Translations under genes and position numbers: made by a program
Shown: positions 17,986 through 25,503 of the stretch, piece by piece
How the letters are laid out: each line of letters opens with the position of its first letter
Numbering within the stretch: position 1 is the stretch's first letter
The notes under the pieces: model-generated
Told to the model about the DNA's origin: nothing
What the model saw: the letters and a program-made list of their open reading frames with translations, nothing else
Database searches by the model: none
Assembly: GCA_017468925.1 (NCBI GenBank)
Contig: JAFUHI010000001.1
Location: 11,655-75,654 of the forward strand
Direction: 5' to 3'
Source of the DNA: Bacilli bacterium
Lineage (GTDB): Bacteria > Bacillota_I > Bacilli_A > RFN20 > CAG-826
Length of the DNA stretch: 64,000 nucleotides

Positions 17986-18351
17986 TTAATGACAAATCTT
18001 TTTTACGGCATCATAGGTTTCTTGAGACAAATCATGCTCAACCTTGCATGCATCTTTTTCAGCGATTTCTTTAGATACGCCTAAAGACATAATCCATTTT
18101 GTTAAAACTTGATGCCTTTCATAAATGTTCGCAGCTATTTCTCTGCCTTTAGGTGTAAGGGAAATTTCACCGGTTTTAGAAAACGTAATTAAAGACTGTT
18201 CTCTAAGGTGTTTCATTGCAACGGAAACAGAGGCTTTTGAATAAGAAAAAGAATTAGCAATGTCAATGCTATGAACTTTATTGACACCGAGGGTTTCCTC
18301 AAGCATCAATATTCTTTCCAAATAATCTTCAGCTGATTCGTATAGTGGCAT
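17986..18351 (-). CDS. DtxR/MntR-family metal-dependent transcriptional repressor (short form)
   Basis: ESAEDYLERILMLEE...VHSIDIANSFSYSKASVSVAMKHLREQSLI is a winged HTH. It is followed by the dimerisation and metal-site helix IYERHQVLTKW...EHDLS. Confidence 0.8.
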   Translation of the reverse strand: MPLYESAEDYLERILMLEETLGVNKVHSIDIANSFSYSKASVSVAMKHLREQSLITFSKTGEISLTPKGREIAANIYERHQVLTKWIMSLGVSKEIAEKDACKVEHDLSQETYDAVKKICH

Positions 18352-18790
18352 TTAAACCTCTTAACAATATTAAAACATAAATAAAAAAATATTTAAAAGC
18401 ATATGCTTATGAGTAAATACCGACTTAAAAAGAAATAAATAAGGGTTTTTAGAAAGACAAAACAATCAAAACATAAGCCACAATCGAATAATCTTTATTT
18501 TGAAAATCGGGATAATTAAGTGAAAATGAGTCTCGAAGAAACAAAAATGACAATGCAATCTATAAAATTTAAATGATTTAAAAACTGATAAATAATTTGT
18601 CAATTTTAAATCTCGTCAAATTGATTTAAAGCAATTTTTATTATCTATGCTCTGCTATTAAGCAAATGTCTATGTTAGATGAATAGAATGGATAAAACCA
18701 AGTAAACTAACGAATGGCATTGATGCAGGATTTCTATAGTTACGGAGTTTTTGTCACATAAATATATTTTTGTGCATTATTATTTGCAAA

Positions 18791-18867
18791 ATATAACGCA
18801 ATAATTACGTTTATTATTTTTATATATAACGCAAAAAATGTGAAAAAGTATTTGCAAAAACACGCAA
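18791..18867. repeat. Three ACGCAA-containing iterons spaced exactly 33 bp apart, plus two copies of the TTTGCAAA palindrome
   Basis: ATATAACGCAA occurs at 18791-18801 and 18824-18834, and ACGCAA at 18862-18867. TTTGCAAA occurs at 18783-18790 and 18851-18858. Confidence 0.7.
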
Positions 18868-18879
18868 ATAGTTTAAAAT
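18852..18879 (+). promoter_or_regulatory. Candidate promoter of the XRE-family gene (TTGCAA-N16-TAAAAT)
   Basis: The -10 ends 7 nt before GTG 18886 and there is no Shine-Dalgarno sequence. This implies a leaderless or very short leader transcript. Confidence 0.35.
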
Positions 18880-18885
18880 TGTTTC

Positions 18886-19359
18886 GTGGGCATCGAATTA
18901 AAGCAATTAAGAAAATCAAAAAAGATAACGCAGGTTGAAGCCGCGTCATTTTTGGAGGTTCCATATCGCACTTATCAGAGCTATGAAGAGGACCCGAAAA
19001 AACAGAATTCCATCAAGTATAAATACATGATTGATAAGCTTTCAAAGTATGGTGTAATAACTGAGAATTTTGGTGTTTATAAAATCGATTCAATTAAAGC
19101 GATCTCCAAACCAATTCTTAAAGACTATGAAACAGACTTTGCTTTTATCGCCGGTGAATATGCAAAAAACAAGGCAAAAGGATCGTCAACCATAACAATT
19201 ATCATTTCCACAAAAGCATCTGGTTTGCGTTTCTTTAAGCTATCTAATGATTTAAAAGAGGCATTAAAGAAGAGAATTAACCTTGTATCTGTTTCAAATC
19301 TAAAGAATGATGAAAAACTTTTAATCGAAACTCTTTTATATGGTGTTAGAATATTTTAG
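18886..19359 (+). CDS. XRE-family HTH protein fused to a degenerate nucleotidyltransferase (MNT)-like domain
   Basis: The N-terminus LKQLRKSKKITQVEAASFLEVPYRTYQSYE is HTH_3-like. The C-terminal FAFIAGEYAKNKAKGSSTITIIIS aligns by eye with the LFGSYARG...SDIDLLV core, but the GS and DxD residues are replaced. GTG start. Confidence 0.55.
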   Translation: MGIELKQLRKSKKITQVEAASFLEVPYRTYQSYEEDPKKQNSIKYKYMIDKLSKYGVITENFGVYKIDSIKAISKPILKDYETDFAFIAGEYAKNKAKGSSTITIIISTKASGLRFFKLSNDLKEALKKRINLVSVSNLKNDEKLLIETLLYGVRIF

Positions 19360-19379
19360 ATATTAAGGAGTCATTACAT

Positions 19380-19679
19380 ATGGCAAAGAAAGTTGAAAAG
19401 AAAGCTGCACCAGCTAAGAAACCCGCTCCAGTCACGAAGGCTGCACCTGCGAAAAAGCCAGAACCAAAAGCAGATGCCAAGAAGGTCTACCACGTTGCGA
19501 AAAGAAAAGAAGACGGACTATGGACCGTTAAATTCGCAAACGGCGACAAAGTGATCAAGACATTCAAGACAAAAGAAGAAGCTTTGGCCTATACTGATAA
19601 GATGGCCGAAAACCAAGGCGCCAGCGTTGCTTTCCATGCTTCCAAAGGCACAAATAAAGGCAAAATCCAGAAGCGTTAA
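19380..19679 (+). CDS. DUF2188-like small protein with a Lys/Ala/Pro-rich histone-H1-like N-terminal tail
   Basis: AAPAKKPAPVTKAAPAKKPEPKADAKK tail, then YHVAKRKEDGLWTVKFANGDKVIKTFKTKEEALAY. AAGGAG RBS lies upstream. Confidence 0.6.
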   Translation: MAKKVEKKAAPAKKPAPVTKAAPAKKPEPKADAKKVYHVAKRKEDGLWTVKFANGDKVIKTFKTKEEALAYTDKMAENQGASVAFHASKGTNKGKIQKR

Positions 19680-20701
19680 TCTATTAACAATTCCTTCAAT
19701 CCTTCATCAGAAAGCAGTTTTTCTAAATCGGATTCATCAATTGTTTTCTTTTTAGATAGTTTTCTGAGGATTTGGCTAACTATTTCATTCAACGACTCAT
19801 CGAAATTAGCGGTATAGTCATTCAATATCGAATCGATGCAAATGAGTGTTATTCTTCTTAAGAAAGCCAATATTCCCGCCTCCATCCAATAAGAAGTGGG
19901 GATTTTTTCATTTCTTTTCAGCCTTGAATAGGCCATAAGGCCATCTGATTCGTTAAACCAAATATCTGCAAAACAATAGTCGAAAGATTCTTGCATTGTT
20001 TCGTACGACTTAAAAGCGTCACCTTTAATAATCTTAATTTTGTTTGATTCCCTGAAACAAGGCGCGATAAATTTATTAAATATGTCTATGATGGATTGGC
20101 TCCATTCAATAACCGTTACAGATTTGACGTTGCTTTTCTTAGCAACGGATAAGGCGTAATAGCCTATCCCCAAACCCAAAACCAATACATTTCCATTCGC
20201 CTCTTTGATTGGTCTTTCCATTGACGCGATTTCATGAGGCACGATTGACATCCATTTCTTGCCATTTTGTCTAATTGAAGGATATTCAACATCTTTGTCG
20301 AAATAACCGATTGAGATTCCTTCCTCATAGTATTTGGAAGGGGAGGAGTGGATATCATCGCAAAGAAACATTTCTCCTCTTGAAATTGTTTCGCTTCCTA
20401 ATTCACAATCACCTATAAAACATTCTTTTTTATTTAACGCTGTAATGAACCAGTTTGATGCGTATATTTTTGGATCTTGTTTTTGAATTGATAAAGTAAG
20501 TTTTTCATTTAAGAAATTGAATTCATCATCAGGCAACGATTTCTTTATTTCTTTTAGAAGTTCTTCCTTTGGATCTTGACCATCTAAAAGGTCTATTTTT
20601 TTATTGAGGAATTGATTGCAAAAATCACTGAAATAAATATTTTCATCCAGTTTTTGCAAATATTTTGATAATGATTTGGTTAATTTGGGATTGAATTCCA
20701 T
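19676..20701 (-). CDS. Class I SAM-dependent methyltransferase / spermidine-synthase-like fold protein
   Basis: VLVLGLGIGYYA glycine-rich motif, VTVIEWS, and an acidic CFADIWF motif. The substrate is unknown. Confidence 0.5.
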   Translation of the reverse strand: MEFNPKLTKSLSKYLQKLDENIYFSDFCNQFLNKKIDLLDGQDPKEELLKEIKKSLPDDEFNFLNEKLTLSIQKQDPKIYASNWFITALNKKECFIGDCELGSETISRGEMFLCDDIHSSPSKYYEEGISIGYFDKDVEYPSIRQNGKKWMSIVPHEIASMERPIKEANGNVLVLGLGIGYYALSVAKKSNVKSVTVIEWSQSIIDIFNKFIAPCFRESNKIKIIKGDAFKSYETMQESFDYCFADIWFNESDGLMAYSRLKRNEKIPTSYWMEAGILAFLRRITLICIDSILNDYTANFDESLNEIVSQILRKLSKKKTIDESDLEKLLSDEGLKELLID

Positions 20702-20723
20702 ATGTTAAGTATAATGCAGGTAA

Positions 20724-20751
20724 CAAAAAAAGGCCCAATGTTAATTGAGCC
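20724..20751 (-). terminator. Intrinsic terminator after fba
   Basis: On the minus strand: GGCTCAAT-TAAC-ATTGGGCC (8-bp stem, one mismatch) followed by T7. Confidence 0.65.
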
Positions 20752-20765
20752 AATTTTAGAATGAA

Positions 20766-21650
20766 TTATTCAGCGGCTTTTCCGACCGAGCCAAATAGAA
20801 TCATTTTCTCTTTGACTTTGTCTTGGATAGCTTTGAAGCCAGGCTTTAACAATTTACGTGGATCATAGCCTTTGTCGACGTTGTCGGCTGTTGGGCTGGC
20901 TTTACCTTCGGCACAATATTTGATTGTTGCTTCCGCAAATACCAATTGGCAGTCAGTATTGACGTTGATTTTGCTCACACCATGCTCGATTGCGTCTTTG
21001 ATTTGTTCATCTGGGATGCCAGTTCCACCGTGTAAAACAAGTGGAATTCTATTTGTGGCCTCGTTGATCTTCTCCAAAGCATCGATGTGCAACCCCGTCC
21101 AATCTTCTGGATAAATGCCATGGATATTTCCAATGCCTGCTGCTAAGAAATCAACACCCAAATCAGCTATTTGCTTGCATTCTTCTGGATCAGCGACTTC
21201 ACCATCGGCTGTAACACCATCCTCGGTTCCTCCGATAGCACCAACCTCCGCCTCGATTGATAATCCTTTATCGTGGGCTAAAGCAACCAATTCTTTGGTT
21301 TTTGCAAGGTTTTCTTCTAATTCGAAGTGGCTTCCATCAAACATAATTGATGTGAAACCTGCCTCAATGCATTCCTTTGCTGCTTCGTATGTTCCATGGT
21401 CAAGATGAAGAGCGACTGGAACGGTGATCCCCAGATACTTATCCATCTCTTTGACCATTTCAACAACAGTCCTATAACCGCACATATATTTCGCGGCACC
21501 GCATGATACACCCAAGATAACCGGTGAATTCAATTCCTGGGCGGTAAGAAGAATCGCTTTTGTCCATTCGAGGTTGTTGATGTTGAATTGTCCAACAGCG
21601 TAGTGTCCCTCTTTGGCTTTTTGAAGCATTCTTGTTGCATTTACTAACAT
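20766..21650 (-). CDS. fba: Class II fructose-bisphosphate aldolase
   Basis: MLVNATRMLQKAKEGHYAVGQFNINN, HLDHG and LVLHGGTGIP motifs. The start is trimmed to ATG 21650, which is preceded by GGAGG. The 49-aa upstream extension in the ORF track looks spurious. Confidence 0.92.
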   Translation of the reverse strand: MLVNATRMLQKAKEGHYAVGQFNINNLEWTKAILLTAQELNSPVILGVSCGAAKYMCGYRTVVEMVKEMDKYLGITVPVALHLDHGTYEAAKECIEAGFTSIMFDGSHFELEENLAKTKELVALAHDKGLSIEAEVGAIGGTEDGVTADGEVADPEECKQIADLGVDFLAAGIGNIHGIYPEDWTGLHIDALEKINEATNRIPLVLHGGTGIPDEQIKDAIEHGVSKINVNTDCQLVFAEATIKYCAEGKASPTADNVDKGYDPRKLLKPGFKAIQDKVKEKMILFGSVGKAAE

Positions 21651-21811
21651 ATATGAACCTCCAAGTTCATATTGTTTATACAATTTAAGACAATTTTTTT
21701 CAACATAAATGAATTGTTTTTTCATAAATGAAAAATGATTAAACATCATTATTTGAATGAAAAACAAATTTTCATTGACACGTTTTTGTGATGGCATTAA
21801 CTTATTAAATC

Positions 21812-22219
21812 ATGGGAAAAATTATTCTTACTACAATGACGATGGTGTACAAAGATGATGGAACTTTTCTAGTCCAAAATAGAGTGAAGAACGATTGGCC
21901 TGGATTGAATTTCCCAGGTGGTCACGTTGAAGAAAATGAATCCATCGAGGATTCGGCGATAAGAGAGATAGAAGAAGAGACCGGATTAAAGATTTCCGAA
22001 CTAGAAAATGTAGGTTCTTTTGAATGGAATCTATTAGATAAGAAAGAAAGGCATCTTTGTATTTTATTCAGAACAAATAAATTTGAAGGCGAATTGAAAT
22101 CGTCAAAAGAAGGTAATGTCTTCTTCATAAAAAAAGAAGAGGTTCCTAATTACCCTCTTTCAACCGATTTCGATAAATTGTTAGAGATAATGCTAAAAGG
22201 GCTCAACTTGAGCATCTAA
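21812..22219 (+). CDS. NUDIX hydrolase (MutT-like)
   Basis: Nudix box GGHVEENESIEDSAIREIEEETGL. Confidence 0.85.
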   Translation: MGKIILTTMTMVYKDDGTFLVQNRVKNDWPGLNFPGGHVEENESIEDSAIREIEEETGLKISELENVGSFEWNLLDKKERHLCILFRTNKFEGELKSSKEGNVFFIKKEEVPNYPLSTDFDKLLEIMLKGLNLSI

Positions 22220-23153
22220 GATTGCCATTTCCGCCTAACTCGGCGCCAAATGGAGCGACAATCAAATACAATATCAAGAAGGCCGCGACTTGATGAACGA
22301 CATACGATTCAAGCGCGTGTCTGCCAAGAAAGGCAATTCCCTTTCCTACTGGAGAGATAAGTTTTTTCGGCCAGAGCTGCTTTCTTTTCGCATAAACTAT
22401 TTTGCCAAATGTTGCGCCCATCATGACCAAAGTGGCGGTGTGCAAAGGGAAGAAATAATCATCTCCATCCCATGCTCTACCTAGTAGCAGAAGATGGAAG
22501 TTAGGGATCACAATAGAAGGCTGTTTATAAGTGAAATAGTCTTGAGGGCTGCCGGTTAATGAATAAATCGTCGGCATATCAAAGTCCGTTATCGTTATTG
22601 TCATTATGAATAGAGCGATAGATGCAATAAACGTCACATAATATGAGTCGGAGAAGTGGCTAACCAAAGCATAAATCAATATGCCTATCGCTAAAGAATG
22701 CAATATTCCTAAATAAATATGGATATTGACATCTATTCCCAACTGGGTTTGGGCGATGACAGAAACAGCATCCAAAAGGATCGTCATAATGACGCTTACA
22801 TAGGTTAGTTGAATTCCACGCTTGAAGTTGTTCTTCGAGAAGCAGCAAGAGATGCCGCATATGAACATGAACAGACCGCTAAAGAAATGCTGCAAGAAAA
22901 TAAAAAGATCGTTATATTCTTGACCTGTCCAAATTGCGGTGCCCAATTCATTTAGTTTGTATATAAATTCAGGCACTGTTGCGCAATCAGGGAAAGTGAA
23001 GAAATCCCTAAATAAAGCATGCAAATCAAAGCAGAAATGATATAAAACCATCAAAATGACCGAGAATCCGCGGAGATAATCGATTTCGAATATTCTTTCT
23101 TTGTTTTTGCTTACTCTAGGTGGAAGAGCGTGAAAGATATTATTCTTTTTCAT
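22203..23153 (-). CDS. DUF1624 / heparan-alpha-glucosaminide N-acetyltransferase-like membrane protein
   Basis: FEIDYLRGFSVILMVLYHFCFDL N-terminal motif and multiple TM helices. The start is set to ATG 23153 (MKKNNIF) to limit overlap with the upstream gene. Confidence 0.62.
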   Translation of the reverse strand: MKKNNIFHALPPRVSKNKERIFEIDYLRGFSVILMVLYHFCFDLHALFRDFFTFPDCATVPEFIYKLNELGTAIWTGQEYNDLFIFLQHFFSGLFMFICGISCCFSKNNFKRGIQLTYVSVIMTILLDAVSVIAQTQLGIDVNIHIYLGILHSLAIGILIYALVSHFSDSYYVTFIASIALFIMTITITDFDMPTIYSLTGSPQDYFTYKQPSIVIPNFHLLLLGRAWDGDDYFFPLHTATLVMMGATFGKIVYAKRKQLWPKKLISPVGKGIAFLGRHALESYVVHQVAAFLILYLIVAPFGAELGGNGNLRCSS

Positions 23154-24045
23154 TTTCGATAGCGTCTTCGCTCTCTCCTTCATTCTCTTTTGACGAATAG
23201 AAACACACGGCAAAAACGAAGACGATGATGTATGAGATTGTCATCCCCCAGCCAACGTCGCTTAGATAATGCGAACCATCTAGCATCCTTGAGAATCCAA
23301 CAACAAGCGTGAATACTAAAGATACTAAAGCGAATATCCAACTAAATTTCTTGGTCTTTTCGTTAAATGTCGATAATAAGGCAAACATGATTGAAGCGGC
23401 TGCAAAGCCGGCGTGTCCACTTGGTAGTGAAGATAAATCTTCATATGTGAATGATTCAAGCAATGAACGGTCGAAATCCCACCAATTCTTATAATAGTCA
23501 ACATCCATTGACACTATGTATTTGAATCTTGGTCTTAATCCAGCATATTTCAAACCAAAGAAAGCAAGGAAGAGAACAACGCCAGTGAAGAAGATGAACA
23601 AAGCCGCTTTCAAAGCGATGTCGTATTTAACATCTTTGAATAAGAAGAATAAACCAACATCGACCAAAGCGACCGTTAGAATACCTAAGAAGATTGCAAG
23701 GATCTTGTTATCCATCGCCCCTATAAAATCATCATATCCATATAAGGCTCCAAAACCGATCGGAATCAAAAAGCAAGCAACATATGCAAGGATTTTTCGC
23801 CAAGATTTAGGGCAATTCTTTTCTGAAATGAAATACAAAACACCGCTAAAACCAAAAAGAGAATAGGCAGGTGCTTTTCCCAAAATCGCGAAAATATTGC
23901 TGAATTTTGAATTTTCCTGGAACAATGCATGGGCTAGCTCTCTATCAAACTTTGAACCCATCGTTATGGCGAATATGGATAAGACCAAAACGATAATTAT
24001 CCAATAGACCTTAATGCCTGCGAACTCTTTTCTTAAAATCCTCAT
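23140..24045 (-). CDS. PAP2-family membrane phosphatase
   Basis: SLPSGHAGFA and SRMLDGSHYLSDV acid-phosphatase motifs with multiple TM helices. Confidence 0.85.
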   Translation of the reverse strand: MRILRKEFAGIKVYWIIIVLVLSIFAITMGSKFDRELAHALFQENSKFSNIFAILGKAPAYSLFGFSGVLYFISEKNCPKSWRKILAYVACFLIPIGFGALYGYDDFIGAMDNKILAIFLGILTVALVDVGLFFLFKDVKYDIALKAALFIFFTGVVLFLAFFGLKYAGLRPRFKYIVSMDVDYYKNWWDFDRSLLESFTYEDLSSLPSGHAGFAAASIMFALLSTFNEKTKKFSWIFALVSLVFTLVVGFSRMLDGSHYLSDVGWGMTISYIIVFVFAVCFYSSKENEGESEDAIENEKE

Positions 24046-24120
24046 ATTTTATAGGATATTAAACATTTTGGTTTTACTCAAGAGTAAAAGATTCGCACAT
24101 AGTGGTTTTTGTGCTAATAT

Positions 24121-25503
24121 ATGCTTATGGCGAAAAACCCTGTAATAGTAGAATTGCACAAGCACTGCACGAATAATGAGATAGAAATCCTTCAAAGCAA
24201 TAAATGCTCGTGCTTTTTCTGCAGACAAACATATAACGCTAGAGAAGTGAATGATTGGATATCTGATAAGCGTGGGGTAACCGCTATATGCCCAGAATGT
24301 GGAATGGATGCAGTCATAGGCGATGCCTGTGGCATTGAATTCGATAAAGCTACTTTAAAAGAGATGAACCTAGCATATTATGGCGAGGATTATATGGAGA
24401 AACATCCCAATGCCGCAGCAAAATATGTCAAACGTTACCAAGATGGAAAAATAACCCATAAAAAAGCCAACGAATCTCTTTATATCCAATATCTATCATT
24501 GCTTGCTAGCCTTGATAATTCTAAGTCGGCTCAAGCCGCTTTTGATTTGGGAAGAATTTATGAATTCGGCACCGAATTTACTGAGCCAAATTTAAAAACC
24601 GCTTTTGCATATTATGCAATGCGCCCATTAAAAAACGATGGTGATGCAATATGCAGACTTGGTGTTTTGGCGTTAAGAGGCGCTTTTGGCGAACCGGATG
24701 GAAAAGCCGCCTATGAATGTTTCTCAAAATCGATGGCCTTAGGCTCTTTGAATGGCCTGGTCAAATTCATTGATTGCTATAGCAACGGCACCAACGTCAA
24801 CAAAGACGATGATTTCGCCTTTGAAGTTGCCGATTCCTCTTGGCCTGAGATATACCAAAGATTTGTATTAACAAACGGAAAAGACGATTCGATATTTGCC
24901 GAATTGGCATATAGATTAGGAAAGATGTATCTGGATGGAAGAGGAGTGGAGCAGAATCCATTCTTTGCGGCCAAATATTTCTTAATGGCCCAGCTTGGAT
25001 ACGAGCAAATAAAATCCAATAATGGTTTAGAAGGTGAATTGGTTGCTGAATACGATGACTGTGTTCAATGCATCGGTCAAATAGCAAGTGCCTATGATTT
25101 ATCTCCAAATGAACCGATTTTTGATAATGATACATTCACTGATTCCCAATACGATCCGGATGAATGTGCTTTCTTATCAGGCGTCCCGAAGACCATAACT
25201 TTAATCGAAAGAGACAAGGAGAATAATCTAGCCTCCTTTGATATCTCTTACCCTCTTGCGCCTCTCATCATCGATATCACGAATTTATTCTGCGGTTTTG
25301 TGCCTGGCACTATCACTTGGGAATTCGTCGATGTCAAAAGCGCCTCAATCGGGAAAAACGTTGTTTTTGATACTGTAAAAGGGAATCCCGCCAAAGGATG
25401 GACATTTTACGCTCATGGCCCGCATGGCCAGGCAAATGTCGCAAGCGTTGAGTTCTTCAAAAAAGAACCGCCAAAAAAAGATAACGGTTCATTTGCAGCA
25501 TGA
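24121..25503 (+). CDS. Cys4 zinc-ribbon-like N-terminal domain fused to Sel1-like repeats
   Basis: CSCFFCRQTY...CPECGMDAVIG is followed by repeated A-x-x-Y/F...A...G motifs (AAFDLGRIYEFG, AFAYYAM, LGVLALRGAFG, AYECFSKSMALG, LAYRLGKMYLDGRGV, AAKYFLMA). Confidence 0.6.
   Translation: MLMAKNPVIVELHKHCTNNEIEILQSNKCSCFFCRQTYNAREVNDWISDKRGVTAICPECGMDAVIGDACGIEFDKATLKEMNLAYYGEDYMEKHPNAAAKYVKRYQDGKITHKKANESLYIQYLSLLASLDNSKSAQAAFDLGRIYEFGTEFTEPNLKTAFAYYAMRPLKNDGDAICRLGVLALRGAFGEPDGKAAYECFSKSMALGSLNGLVKFIDCYSNGTNVNKDDDFAFEVADSSWPEIYQRFVLTNGKDDSIFAELAYRLGKMYLDGRGVEQNPFFAAKYFLMAQLGYEQIKSNNGLEGELVAEYDDCVQCIGQIASAYDLSPNEPIFDNDTFTDSQYDPDECAFLSGVPKTITLIERDKENNLASFDISYPLAPLIIDITNLFCGFVPGTITWEFVDVKSASIGKNVVFDTVKGNPAKGWTFYAHGPHGQANVASVEFFKKEPPKKDNGSFAA

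Noticed and set aside
17800-17988. A stop-free, in-frame continuation of 62 codons after the TAA of the DtxR/MntR-like gene (RCILHFKVVLVSYSLTPLIEIIKGECLKDKLVREADEF...).
   Set aside because: I considered a nonsense-truncated C-terminal (FeoA/SH3-like) domain or read-through. The 121-aa product already matches the complete short form of the family. The continuation shows no recognisable domain motif and has no start codon. Chance is still plausible. It is only worth checking against orthologues.
18740-18964. A 74-aa minus-strand ORF spanning the iteron region and the XRE gene start.
   Set aside because: The product is hydrophobic and low-complexity, encoded by AT-rich DNA. It has no RBS and overlaps a better-supported HTH gene.
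21651-21797. A 49-codon N-terminal extension of the fba ORF (MPSQKRVNENLFFIQ...).
   Set aside because: Class II aldolases start at MLVNATRMLQ. An ATG preceded by GGAGG is present at 21650. The extension covers AT-rich promoter-like DNA.
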